Shown piece after piece: positions 51,601-63,990 of a stretch of 64,000 nt of DNA (positions are counted from its first letter, which is position 1; each line of letters opens with the position of its first letter). The position numbers and the translations under genes were made by a program. Source of the DNA: Botryllus schlosseri (lineage: Eukaryota); assembly GCA_051294905.1 (NCBI GenBank), contig CM119372.1, forward strand, positions 40,364,001-40,428,000. The letters are read 5' to 3'. The notes beneath the pieces were generated by a model. It made no database searches, had not been told where the DNA came from, and saw nothing but the letters and a program-made list of their open reading frames with translations.

Positions 51601-54086
51601 TATGTGTATCATGAGTCGGCGTATTTGTCTTAAAAACACCAAGGACAAAAATAAACTACGTCGTTTCCTACACACAAACCAATATTATCATACTGGCTCT
51701 CAATCAAACGTGACGATTCAACCACGCCAAACATTTCTTGCCGACGCATATACCGCTTACTTTAACCAATTTACTTACTATGCCGCAATTATTTACCCCG
51801 GTCAGCGAGTTTATTATTTCATGTAACTTGTATAGGCTATATAGTTTGAAAGTTATTATAAACCTAAGTCCCAGAGCACGAAAATTCGATTCCTGAAAAT
51901 ATATTTTGTCCGTGTTGCACAAGGCCGGAAACGGCGCCACGCGCCACTTAAAACTCCTCATTAATAATAATAAAAAACGCCATACTGTGAAATGGACGGC
52001 AACCACGACCCACTCACTGCACCCACGATAGCTCTTTTACACCACTTAGATACTATTATATGTTTCTGAGTTACAACACCACAGCAGGACACCGACAGCT
52101 GTTGCAATATAACATTTTGCCCATGTATAACGCAGAGCGAATGTTTGTAGATGTTATGTTATAGTTGTCTTTTATATGACTCCAGAAGGTTGCGTTTACG
52201 ATTCGCTGCGTGTTCCCTTGCGTTCGACGGACCGACGTAACCACGCCGTACGGCCTTGTTGGCTGACGTACCTCGACCTGTCTATTGCACACGTATTCGA
52301 TGGATCACACTGACGAATATATTTTGTTTCTGTCTCCACGACTTGTAACTTTATTGACTGACGTACGGCAATGCAATGGACTTCCGAACCAGCGAATATT
52401 GAATGAATTAATGTGTATATACGCTGTATCACATTCGTATATATATCATAGCCACAAGAGATTACATGCACCAAACATCGTACGATTTATTTCTCTTATC
52501 TATAATTCACACGACAAATAGACGACTCGATCACGAAGGTCTTTCGGGCTTTCACTTCAGGGAATTAGGTAAGGTTTTCTCAACACTCCCTATTGCTCAA
52601 ATCTTAAAATGGCGTTAACAATATATTTCGGTAAACCATGCAACCTTATCATACCTTTTCCCCCATGTAGCCTACAGGATAGCATCAGCTTCTCCATAGA
52701 ATCACACCCTAGCAAGCTATATGGCGCACCCAAACGAGCAATCACCTCGTGTTATGCACAAAAATCACCAATACGCAGGGTCAACGCCACTGTGCCATAT
52801 AGATCCATGGGGCCACCAGAGGCAGTGACAATTGGGATAGCACATGGTTTCAAATCAGTTATATCGTACAGTCGAGTGTATAGATCATATTCGAGGAAGG
52901 TATGGGAACTGCCTGAGTCTACCAAAAGTTTAGCCGACAGGCTGTCATTCACCGATGCAACGATGTATCAGCTGTGAACCCGGAGCGCGTATACGAAATT
53001 CAAAAGTATTTCCAAATCCTGGTCTATATCCATAAAAACAGCGTCACCGGACCCATGGTCTGCTATGGCATGTTTATTGAATTGCCCGATTGGTGGGACT
53101 CATGTTCGCCGGTGACTGGTGGAACACCATGTCTATTTCTAGTGGGACAAGCAACTAGAAGGAGACCCATTTCGCCACGCTTAGCACAATCGTGTTTGGC
53201 ACTGTCTGTAAATGTGTTCAATGTCCACCCAGCTAACACAAAACTTATTAAAGATATTTTAAAAATATCTTTCATGAGTTCGAAATATATCCTACCAATA
53301 TGTGCAGAAGATATACATTTGTCGATAGAAATGGATATAAAATATCCCAACGCACATCCTCAAAGATATCCTGATGGAAATCCTCAAAGATATCCTAAAA
53401 GAGGGTTAGGGTTAGGGTTCTATTCTGCAAACTAGGACTCGTTAAAGACTAATTCAGTGTCTCACAATCGAATCGGTGGCATCGTGAGTTTGTGGAGTTT
53501 AGGGGACTTGAAAGCATTTTAAATGGAGAAATCGAGATTTGGTGTGTAGACAGTATTCTTTTGGGCGCCTGGATTGATGACGCATGTTGGATATCTGTGA
53601 TTCGATGGGTAAACAGTCGGAGCAGACCATTTAACACGGCTCATGCATTCCTTGTGGGAGATTGGACCTAAAAAAAATCCACCAAATCGCGCCACGTTAA
53701 AGTATGGGGATTTTTTTGGGACGTTTCGTCGAATAGCTCGGCTCGTGGTTGACCCAGACCCTAAAACCACCCCTCGTTGGAATCTGCGCAAAGAAAAGAA
53801 TGCGAAAAAAAAATCATTTTCCAAATCGGAGTTTTCGGAGCCGAGATATGTCCGGTTAAAGGAATATTTTTTTGGGGCTCTGGCGACCCCCCCCCCCACG
53901 AGGTCCCACGAGGTCGAATCCGGTGTTCGAGTGACCGGCTCGCGTAGCAGAACGCAACGATGGGTCGTTCGTGCCGTTCAGACCTTGGGGAGGACCGCTA
54001 CAGGCCGACAAACCCCCCAGAAATCCGATATTCGGGGGTCTCTAGCGCCCCCCACGTGACCAGACCCTAACGAGTCGCATATCGAC

Positions 54087-56406
54087 CAGTGATGAGCACC
54101 GGAGCGGAGTCGGAGTGGATTAGGAGCGGAGTTTTGCCAATTTTGTGATACCCGGAGTGGAGTCGGAGTTTACAACAGATATTTTTCCGGAGTTTTCCGG
54201 AGTATTGTTAAGTTTTGCCCCCGATATCTTTCGATAGCTTTGACCAGAAGACACTATTGATTACAAACACAGACAGTTGACACCTTGTAAAGTTGTAATA
54301 TGACCGGTAATATGATTGCCAACTGCACAAAAATCAGCCATCTGCACTGCAATTGGGGACTGGAGAGTAACCTAGTGATCTAGCAAGGCATTTCCGTTGA
54401 GCAGGGTCTGTAGTTCACAAACTTGAAGGCACCCAAGGCACCCAATATCATTCGCAGTGCATCATTTGCTTCCTGCCTTGAGATGCAGTCTTTGAATCCA
54501 CTGCTGAATGTCACCATATTATGAGATAAGATCTCCAGAATCTTCCACGTTGCTATCATTGCGGTCTTCTATAGTCACATCACATTCCTCCTTGCGTATA
54601 GTCACATCACATTCCTCCTGGCGTATTTGTTTCGTGACTAAGTTTCATGCTACCCCAGTAATTGTGCGAAACATTTACAATCAGCAACATACAGCGGGGC
54701 TTCCCTATGGTACAGCCTTTAGCTACCCTGATTCTTCCAGCAAGTTCATGATCATAACGGAATGTATCCCATTATCCTGATGACATTCAACATAGTAATA
54801 GGTCCATTTTGTGAAAATGTATTCCTAACGTTGGTATCAGTTGAAACAAGATAATTTATCTGATACCACTTTTGTGATAACTTTTCGCAACTTTCATCGT
54901 ACTTGCAATTTGCAGTAAGAGATATCGATAATAAGTGTTGCATCAATATTACCTTTATATCTGTGAGAAATATACATACAACAAGCAAGTATCTGGATGG
55001 AAACAATAATAACTTATGCAATGTGTTACATGATTTAATGACATTGCGACGAGTTTTCGCTAGTAAGATCTGCTCACAGAGGCATACCAGCATCTAAGAT
55101 TTCAACAATACATAAATCACTAAGGTAAGCTGATCTTACCCTGTAAAAACAGAATATTCCGAAATTCTGAACAGCCACACTAAATAACTACACCCGTCTG
55201 CTTTGCTCTGCTCGCATCAACTCAACTACGCTTCCTTCAATATTGATTGACGTAGTCAGTCATCCAGAACTCTTCTGAATTTTCGTCATGTAATGTTTGG
55301 TTTGATTGAAAAATGACTTTGATGTGATAAGAAAAATCAGCACCGCAATCAAGTTTCTGCTGCTGGTCTGTCTCAGACTCCAAATTCCAGATATCATGTA
55401 TCAGCTTCAAAATTGGAAGTCACTAGTCATTTAGTCAACTCCAAGGAGCATCGATCGGTGCGTCAGTGATGCATCATGTATGTTTAGTGCAGTGCAGTTC
55501 CATCAACTGGTTCATGACGGTGCGGAACTTAATTTACTGAAACCTGTGATGTGATCGTCGATTTCAGTGGTGTTAGTGGTAGTTAGTTCGAACTGACTGG
55601 TCTTCCTTCGTCGTTTTAATATAATGGCTGAAGCACCGTCGACTTCAAGTGGGTTACTCACAAAGACGCAGAGAAAGAGTGACGTGTGGAAGGATTTCAC
55701 TCTGATGCTGCATGATAATAACGGCCAGTATACTGGGTTTGCGAGATGTCAAAATTGCAATGTTCAGCTAAAGCATCACAAGTTGACACGTGGTACGTCG
55801 CATCTTCGAAGACATATCGAAGCTTGTAAGAAGAATTGATCGCAGTTGAAATGCAAGTAAGCGAGTAATCAAAGGAGAAGGTGATCATGGGGAACACTGA
55901 TCGCCGGGTGGAGAATACCGAAGAAGTGCCGGTTTGCCGTGGTGTTGTGCAGAAAATGTTTTGCCATCCAGATTTACGGTGAAACGTAAGTTGGATGAGG
56001 AGGCTTCATCTTTGAAGCAGAAGCTGTCAGAGGAACTAAGAGTTGCTATCAAGTGTTATGAGCTGGCTGGCATCACCTCAGATATGTGGACCGATCTAAA
56101 GGGTCGCGGTTCTATTAGCTTGACTGTCCATTTTGTTGGAGAGAACTTGACTCTCAGAAGTAATGTTGCGACTGTTCGGCAACTCACGGATACTAAAAAA
56201 ACTGGTATGAATATCAGACAGGCTATCGAAAACATCGATTGGGATTCTTCGACAATGGTCTGGATATATTTCGAAGACTGGACAAGATTCTTCGGGTTAT
56301 CTCGGAGTCTGGGATTGAGATCCCCGGAGTCGGAGGGACTTTGCATCAGAGACGAAAGTTGCCGGAGGGACTCGGAGTCTCGAAAAGCAGACTCCGCTCA
56401 TCACTG
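54087..56406 (+). mobile_element. internally deleted hAT (Ac-type) transposon with BED zinc finger and partial transposase
   Basis: TIR CAGTGATGAGC/GCTCATCACTG; perfect TSD ATATCGAC; GGAGT subterminal repeats; transposase remnants at 55624-56230. Confidence 0.93.
55624..56232 (+). pseudogene. truncated hAT transposase (BED finger + first catalytic Asp region)
   Basis: KSDVWKDF..CQNC..GTSHLRRHIEAC (BED) followed by a stop; then LPSRFTV..GITSDMWTD..ISLTVHFV; the C-terminal half is absent. Confidence 0.88.
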
Positions 56407-56775
56407 ATATCGACGTGACCAGCGCGCGATTACGATCACGTCGGTGGGCAAACATCCGAATACTTTCATTAGAATTTAGGCCTATTTTCAATTGACTATC
56501 TTTCGGCAACTGCTCCGAAGCGAGGTAAAATAGTTAAAAAAATTCAAATAACTTTGAGGAAAATTATCAAGCATATACTGTAAAATAAATATTATGTCAT
56601 AAATAAATTCCATAGTGCAGAATCATGCAAGGTTCTTATGCGAATGCGAGCATTTGAAAGACCGAGCTTCTCACACAGAATTCGGACGTACGTGCAATGT
56701 TCGAACCATCCCAAATAAATGGACTTTCCATATTTTTTAATCTACTAATATTTTGTTTTGGTCTTTGCTGCATAG

Positions 56776-58458
56776 TAATCATATACTCGGGAGGATCGAA
56801 AGTATGGAAGATTATGGTACAATCAAGCCAGATTTGTTTCTTTGCTTGGTCATAGTATGGATCGCGGCGTACTTCTCAGTATGGGAAGGGATCGGATAGA
56901 CAAGCAAAGTAATGAATAGGCAGCCGCGTCACAGAATAACTGTTGAAAACATCGCTCATATTTAGAAAAAAGGTCGTGTACGTCACTGCTACGACGCCTA
57001 TTATAATGTTGATGGTCCTGATGGCGAGGGCTGTGACTTTAGAAGGTGCTTCGGACGGTATAACGGAATATTTAAAACCGGATGTTGGCAAACTATTGGA
57101 AGTGCAGGTGATTTGGCCTTTCTACGATCTCGATGTACTGATAGCATAATATTCAAGGTGTAGCAATCGCTTCTCCGACGTTGGCAAAATTGAAAGTGCG
57201 ACTACTGAGGGATTTTGTGTGGAGCTATGTGAAGTATAGGCCTGCATATTTGCTATATCAACCTGAGTTCTATTCATTCCATATGTGATATTCACTAGCC
57301 ATGACGTACTTTATATCGGCGCGGGGGTACCCGTGGCACGCAAGAAGGTTTTGAGTGGTCCGGATGGTAATTCTCGAAATTAGCTGTAGCATAAAAATAT
57401 ACCCCTGTAATTTATTGTGATCTTGCGAGGCCGGCGAACCAGAAATTTCATCAGCTTACCGCGAAAATTCGAATGTTGATGACTAAATCATCAGTTCCGA
57501 CGTATTGGCAAAGTCAGGGACTGCCACAATTTTTCGTAGATCTGCGCATATGACCACAAAGTAGAATATTTCCTGACAGATCCAGTTGACCCGATATTTT
57601 TCTTAGCAATTCGCACAATTTGTTGTCACTCGGTTTGTTGCTTTGAGTATTGGTTGGTACCCTCCTCACAATTAAAAATACCCGCAATTTACAGAACTTA
57701 GTTTACCTATATTCTCAATTATAAGAGAACGTGTCATCCAACAACAACAACAACAACAACAGAACGTGTCATCCAACAACAACAACAACAACAACAACTC
57801 CGGGTCTGCACAGGCAGAAAAATCGTCGGCGACCAAACCTCTGCACAAAATGATCGCCGCATGTTTGCTGAAGGCTTCCATATTTATATGTCCAAGCGCC
57901 AAATGAGCCCAGCCGTACCCCATTCATTCATTAACTTTGAAAATCTACTTGTGAGTCTTCAAGACATGATTGTAATCGATTTTAATGTGTAGTAATAAAA
58001 GAATTGTTTGCGCCGCTTGCTATTATCGTGCGACCAAAAAGCTCATCAACATTCGAGTGACCTGCGTGGTTCGTAAATCTCATGTGCCCCCCTGGCCGAA
58101 AAGGTCAGTTCGCTGCTTTATATTGACCAAGGTTGATTGAATTGTAAAACGGTTTTTATTTTATATCGAAGCGTCGACATAATGATAATAACAGGTCTGG
58201 AAGGAGGCAACTGCTCAAGTACTTTTTTCCTTTGGACTATGTAGCGGCGCTCTACCCACTCTCAGCAAGTTCAACTCCTACAATCATAACTATTTGAGGT
58301 AGCCTAAAGTCATTTCCGACACCTATAAAAAGTACTGTACAAAACGGAAACATAATTTTCCCAGGGACCTCGTCATTCTGCTGTTTTTGAATGCGTCTAC
58401 GAGTTTTATAGAGGGATTTGCGTGCTTCAGTGTGCTGGGCCATTTGACACTCGAAACG
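56776..58458 (+). pseudogene. SLC6 (sodium:neurotransmitter symporter) gene fragment, exons 56776-56908, 56973-57107, 58195-58298, 58365-58458
   Basis: LFLCLVIVWIAAYFSVWEGIG*TSK / [29 protein letters not shown] / VWKEATAQVLFSFG..LSKFN / DLVILLFLNASTSFIEGFACFSVLG. Phases are compatible; there is an in-frame TAG at 56897-56899. Confidence 0.85.
57317..58115. mobile_element. hAT-type MITE in an SLC6 intron
   Basis: CGGCG...CGCTG termini; perfect TSD CTTTATAT; contains a tandem duplication AGAACGTGTCATCC(AAC)n x2 at about 57726-57797. Confidence 0.7.
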
Positions 58459-58512
58459 GTTTGTTACTATTTTCTATTTAACGTGCATCATATATAACAA
58501 GTTCGCTCCCTG

Positions 58513-58947
58513 TAGGGTTAACATACGTCCTCCTTTAGGGGGATTTGTCCACCTTTATCAGGTTTTTAAAAATATCCTCCGAAGACGTCTAAATGTCCCC
58601 CTTTTTGGCAATCCGTCCCCCTTTATAGCTTTTAGAGCCAGGATAGTGGATACAGAATCGAGTGAAAATGGGCATAAATGACGCTAAATAGTAAAGTCGA
58701 GGTTCGAACGAAAGAGACGCCTATATTTTAATCAGCCAACGTAAAGCGTGAAAGAAAAACTGTATTTTTGGATTTGAGCCGGAAAGTTGACCTTTTTTCA
58801 AATCAACCGACCGACCGACCTTTATTTTATCAACCGACCACTAAGTGTGAAAAATTTATTATTTTTTTGAGATTTTCCTCCGATATTCTGTGTTTGAAGA
58901 TTTCCAAAAGTGTCCTCTTTTCCCGATTCCAAAATATGGTAACCCTA
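58513..58947. mobile_element. MITE (TAGGGTTACCATA family)
   Basis: TIRs; TSD GCTCCCTG/GTTCCCTG. Confidence 0.85.
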
Positions 58948-59428
58948 GTTCCCTGGCATCCTACATATGTCAAATGCTATGTGTTTGTAACGACCAATTG
59001 CTATACAGCTCTATAATGAGATAAGTTTTCTATATTGCTCTTATAAAAATGCACGCCTTCTCTGAACACAATTCAACCGTCTGCACGCTGTTTCCTGAGA
59101 CTGAAATCATTTTTTGTCTAAAATAAACTAAAATTTGAATTAACGAATGCGCAAAATCTTAGAAATTCAATTGCGCATTCGAAAGATATATGCAACAAAA
59201 ATCAAGTTCACTTCATATCAAATCAGAGATCATTCTCATTAGCGTGGCTCGATTCACACCATACAAATCTCCTGTAGCATTTTCAGGAAACTCTGTAATT
59301 AGATTCGAATTAAAATTAGAGCATGGAACATTTCATAAATGTAATTAAAATTTCGCTCTATTTAGTCAGGATCAAAACAGCACTTCGTCAGCCTCCCTCC
59401 AACAAAACGTTGGGAATGGGCTCCCCAT

Positions 59429-59622
59429 CAATGTTCCCTCTAAGCTGCGCAAATGCGCAGTGCTGACACGGTATCTGCGTAGAGAAAATCTAAGTTGCGC
59501 ACAAAAAAAAAAAAAACTGAAGTGATGACCTTTTTCTCTAGACGTCACGCACTGTTGTCCAATGGTCTGCGCAGTGAGTTGGTGCGTGTGCGCAGACTCG
59601 TCACAAGTTAGAGGGAACATTG
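59429..59622. mobile_element. 194-bp MITE (CAATGTTCCCTCTAA family)
   Basis: Perfect 15-bp TIR; TSD CTCCCCAT/CTCCCTAT. Confidence 0.92.
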
Positions 59623-59710
59623 CTCCCTATCAAGAAGGACACTTTTACAAAAAAAAAAAGTTAGTTGACCGAAGTTGAAAAAAGCAGATTTTGATATATT
59701 TACTGGAAAT

Positions 59711-61223
59711 CAATGTTCCCTCTAATTTTTCACGAGTCTGCGCAAACACGTTAACTCACTGCGCAGGCCCTTAGACAATAGTGCGCAACCAGCCCACCAC
59801 ATAAGGTGATAAACCGAACTTCTGGGGGGCTTCGCCCCCAGACCCCCGTATCGGGCTCTGCGATTTTTGCCGATACTTATTATCTAAATCGGGGGCCGGT
59901 TTGGTGGTTGTGGCGCCTGAACGCGCGAAGCGCGAAAATTTTATATGATTCATGATTGAATCGGTCAATATTATCGGGAATTGCATATGTCTATTGCTAT
60001 CCATTTTTATCCTCTCTCTGCTCACATAATCAGATTTACCGGTAAAGCTGATCGAGTGAGGTGTGCTAGAAAAGGTAGGTCCTCTAAATATTAATTAAAC
60101 ATCTTCGGGCGCACCCGTTGGTATAATGACTTCGTTACATGATGCTATTTCGTGACCTCCTATCGGCTATGTCAAAAGACATTGAAATCGCTCAAACGTA
60201 CTAAACTAAAACACGAACACGATTTAAAATTGGTATTTCTCTACTGGCAAATAATGTTCCCTCGACATGGCATTTTTGTTGTTGTTGTGGGACTCGGATC
60301 GCCAGCACATGAACATTCAGCGCCAGCCATTTACGCGCCTATGGACAATTAAACCTATATGTATGAGTCGAAGTTTTCGGTCAGCATATAAGGCAGTCCT
60401 TTTCGGCCAAGGTTTTCTCGCTGCTGATCGTTTTGGCGCACTTCTCGGAGTCGCATGACACATAGCGTATAACTTCATATGTCTTGGTTCGTCGTGGCTA
60501 GGTATTGGCCGACGCCCAAGTGCCCGTTTCTCTTAATCACGCGTATTTTTTTTTGTTGTGGGAAGGGTACCCAATAATCAAGATATTTGACAAAATTAAT
60601 TCGCGCGCGGTGCGAAAAATATTTTGAAAAATTCCCCAAAAATACACCATGATTTATGTTAATTCACGAAATAATTTTGGGCTCCCTTCGATCTCGGCCC
60701 CCTAATTGAGGGTTTGGGGTGCGGCAGTTACGGTCCCGAGGAAATCTTACGCAATGTTCACGACACGCGGAGAAGACTATGCACTAGTTTCTCGCAGATT
60801 AACCTCGAGCTAGCCCATTGTTATTTATAACTTTGTTAAACCATGTTATTTCGCCATTCCCAGAAAATAATGCGCAATTGAAATGATATCAGTATCGCTC
60901 ACGCGTACGAGACCATACTAAAAGAAAAGATTTTTCGTTAGACACTCGTGATTGCAAAGTTTCATTTCTTCACGGAGCGCAATATTTACCTTTGCGGGCC
61001 GCACTTGTACCTCAGTGTTATACTTCAGCGATATTTGCCCCTGGCAATGTTCCCTCTAATTTTTCACGAGTTAGCGCGCCTGCGTGGTCCCTTGGACAAC
61101 AGTGCGCAACGACTAAAAAAAAACATCAATTCGGATTTTTTGTGCACAACTTAGATTTTCTGTGCACAGAGACCGCTTCAGCACTGCGCATTTGCGCACG
61201 TGCGCAGCTTAGAGGGAACATTG
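59711..61223. mobile_element. 1.5-kb CAATGTTCCCTCTAA-family element with an internally duplicated left end at 61045
   Basis: Left TIR at 59711 and again at 61045; right TIR ends at 61223; second copy at 35502-38730. No TSD is visible. Confidence 0.82.
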
Positions 61224-61596
61224 GTTACAGGCCACTTTTTTATTCATGTTTAAGTAAAAACCCCACGATTTTGGGCCAAGACACGGTCATGAGTCACAAA
61301 TCAAGTCAATCAAATTTTAGAGTCACTTTTTGTTACGTGTTTGAAATACAGATCAAGGTCGGAATAATTCTTATCATGGAATGAATATAGAGAGTTGAAT
61401 ATGCGTGTATACGTGCACAATCTGTTGTATCGCTCGCACAGTAGAACACTCTTAATGAGTAGTCAAACAAATTGACATGATGCAAAACTGATATAAACAG
61501 CAACAGCTTCTCTGCTTGGACATTTGAGGTGGCAGCGAGAGAAAATGACCATCATGTACCATTACCCTGAAAATAGAAAATTGCATAAGTAGCCTG

Positions 61597-63990
61597 CTAA
61601 ATAACTTTCCTCATACCAGGACTTAGCAGACCTTCGAATTTACTGCGTTTCAGTATTGGCTCATTGCAGACTTCATGCCAAGCGTTTTGTGTACCGAAAG
61701 TGGTGTTTCGACCTTTTAGCTTTTTTATAATTTTTCGCTGGGTGATCTGCTGCACTCCGTAAGCTACGGCCTTCAGATCAGGATTTTGTGAGTGCCTACC
61801 TAAGTTTATCTGAAAAAGATTATACGGTATCAGAACTAGCCAGTTCCTAAATATTAAGAAATATATTTTTACCAGATTTCCAAAGAAAGCTTCCAAAATG
61901 TCTTGCGAGAAAGTTCGCAGGCAAACATAATCCAGTTCACGAAGCAAGCGTTCACAGAGAAAAACAAGATTTCGAGATGTAAAAATCAATACCTCCAGGG
62001 TTGCTCGAGGAAGAATGCGTTTTTGCTCTCCCAATTCATCTACTTCAGCCTTCCAAATAAGGATTTATCACTCTAATTAGTTTACATGGCAAGCATTTGA
62101 AGTCTACCTTCCATAACATCAGATCCTGGACAAATTCCTTGAGGAAGTTGATCCTGTGATCCTCCATGCTGCGTACAGGATTCCTGACTCCGCAGTTAGT
62201 CACTTCAAACCAACTGTAAGACAATATAACAATTTTGGTTTTGCTCACATAAATAAATTTGAGAAAAAAACTATTGCACCTGTTTATAAGGAGAATGAAG
62301 TCAGAGGTACCCTTTGCTCCATCCATCGTTGATAAATTTTTCCCCACTTCCCAGCTTAGAATATCCGTCGACAAGTTCACTTTCATCTACATGTCAATTG
62401 TAAGGCTTGTGATAATATTGAACAGTAGACTGAAATGGAAAATGTACGTTGGAATATGGATTCAATCGAATATGGATTAAATCGAATATGGGCTTCTGTG
62501 AGCCTGGTCCGTCTGAGCATGAGGCTGTATTTTTCATTTTCGTAGAGTTTTATAGTATGTCATTCCCATCTTTGTTCATGTATTTTGTTCCACTTGATTT
62601 CGACGAGTAAAGAGCATTCCTCATGGTCTGCAAGATAAGAAATAATAAAATAATGATGAGGTAGGAGTATATAGCTACATACAATACCTTGAGAAGAGAA
62701 GAAGAGGTGTATCGGAAAAGATAAGTATCTGTCTATCACGACAATATGGATTGGGGGCGGAGAAGGAGCAGTTTAGAGGAATTTCTTGGCTTCCAGCCAG
62801 AACTTTGAAAAATTGTCTATTTGTAGACATGCCATGCCGTCAGCAATAACGGCATGAACTTGAATGCCCTTTATCTCACATTCACGAAGTAAGTGACAAA
62901 ATTTTAAAGCCAGACCCCCCATGAGTGACAGTTGTAGGATACCACGCAATGGGGAGCGAGATTTCTCCTTTGACAGTGCGCAGGTAAAATACTGGAAAAT
63001 AATCAAATACTGTAATCCCAGTTCGCGACCTTATTGAAAACAAACCCACCAAGAATATGTGCAGCCAGCTTGCACTCAGTAGAAAAGTTTGCATCAACAA
63101 AGCCCACCAATTTTCCTTCAGACATCACCAAATTTTCTCTGACTAATAAAATAATAACGAAATTAATTTACATTAATATATATCGAAACGTACATCTTAT
63201 TACTTTTCATTTCATCGAGAGTGATGAAGGCAGGGAGGTGGTCATGCTGCATCATTACTCTCTCAATTTCTTTGAATGCCAGATTGTTAATGCCTGGTTG
63301 AGGCTTCACAAAGTTCCTGTGAATGGAAGCATTACAATTACATCACAACATTACTACGCCTCAGATGACAAAAGACATTTACCTGTATCTTTGCAATGTT
63401 TTAAAGTAATAATATGCTGATATGTAGCAGGTGAGCGACAGTATAATTCCAGAGCCCATCTGATGACATCAGGATGATATCTCCTTCCCGCGGTGTCAAG
63501 TTCTGCATTTTCAATTTGATTGGAAATGAAAACTCTTTGCCAGTCATTCACTCCTTCGCCAATCTTGTCCTGGGATGTCTAAATACAGGCATGGCAGCTT
63601 CTGAGCCATCATAAAGGTAAAAACTGACTACAGTAGCTCATCTACTGAACAAAGTACAGAGAAATCTCATAGCCAGGCTGACGTCTGTACTACCTTGCTA
63701 ACATTACTAATTAATCATTCAATCTGATTACTTCAGTCGATATATTGCATTCTTCATCCAGATGCATCGTCAACTCAGATGAGGCTTCTACCTTCTTACA
63801 AAATATGCACTGTGAAGAACTATCCTTACAATCTCCAGCCATGATGAGAAATAGTACTCAAGTCTCAACCAAACAGCTATATTTTTGAACATGCACTTCA
63901 CCAATGATCAGACAATCAGCAGATCTCCTAATATCTTGGGATGACACCTTGGTACCATCCCAAATAGGAATTGGGTGAATGTTGATATTG
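61597..63990 (-). pseudogene. decayed intron-containing P-element/THAP9-like transposase (may continue beyond the window)
   Basis: Motifs in order: GRRYHPDVIRWALELYCRSPATY; LDEMK|IRENLV..GFVD; VHAVIADG; MKVNLSTDILS; FSQDILEAFFG. GT-AG introns at 63143-63203, 62214-62279 and 61810-61872; frameshifts near 62900-63010. Confidence 0.85.

Larger units (their letters stand above)
44880..53215 (-). mobile_element. decayed Ty3/Gypsy LTR retrotransposon (gag-pol remnants) fragmented by later insertions
   Basis: Minus-strand order: degenerate Zn knuckle (about 53150-53200); protease LLVDSGSSHTFL (about 52900-52930); RT (RFC..RKLN..KDAHPL, TLDL, VQYLGH; about 47730-48700); RNase H (VLETDCSGFSAGAALSQ..VIAYASKTL, NADRLSR; about 47170-47560); integrase (TTSYHPRSDGLVEKFNETL; about 44900-46700). 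There are many stops and frameshifts, and LTRs were not identified. Confidence 0.9.

Noticed and set aside
51822..52075. Possible solo LTR (TGTAAC...GTTACA)
   Set aside because: The 6-7 bp inverted ends could be chance; there is no matching TSD (TTTCA vs ACACC) and no second copy in the window.
53402..53419. Telomeric TTAGGG repeats
   Set aside because: Only about 3 units embedded in repeat debris; too short to indicate a telomere or fusion site.
52974..54059. Plus-strand ORFs of 153 aa and 138 aa
   Set aside because: They are antisense to Gypsy remnants or lie within repeat sequence, with no recognisable protein motifs or splice structure.
59370..59428. Possible further SLC6 exon (DQNSTSSASLQQNVGNGLP) after a CAG acceptor
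   Set aside because: The phase fits, but the similarity to the GPGL region is weak, there is no donor, and a MITE interrupts it; not supportable.
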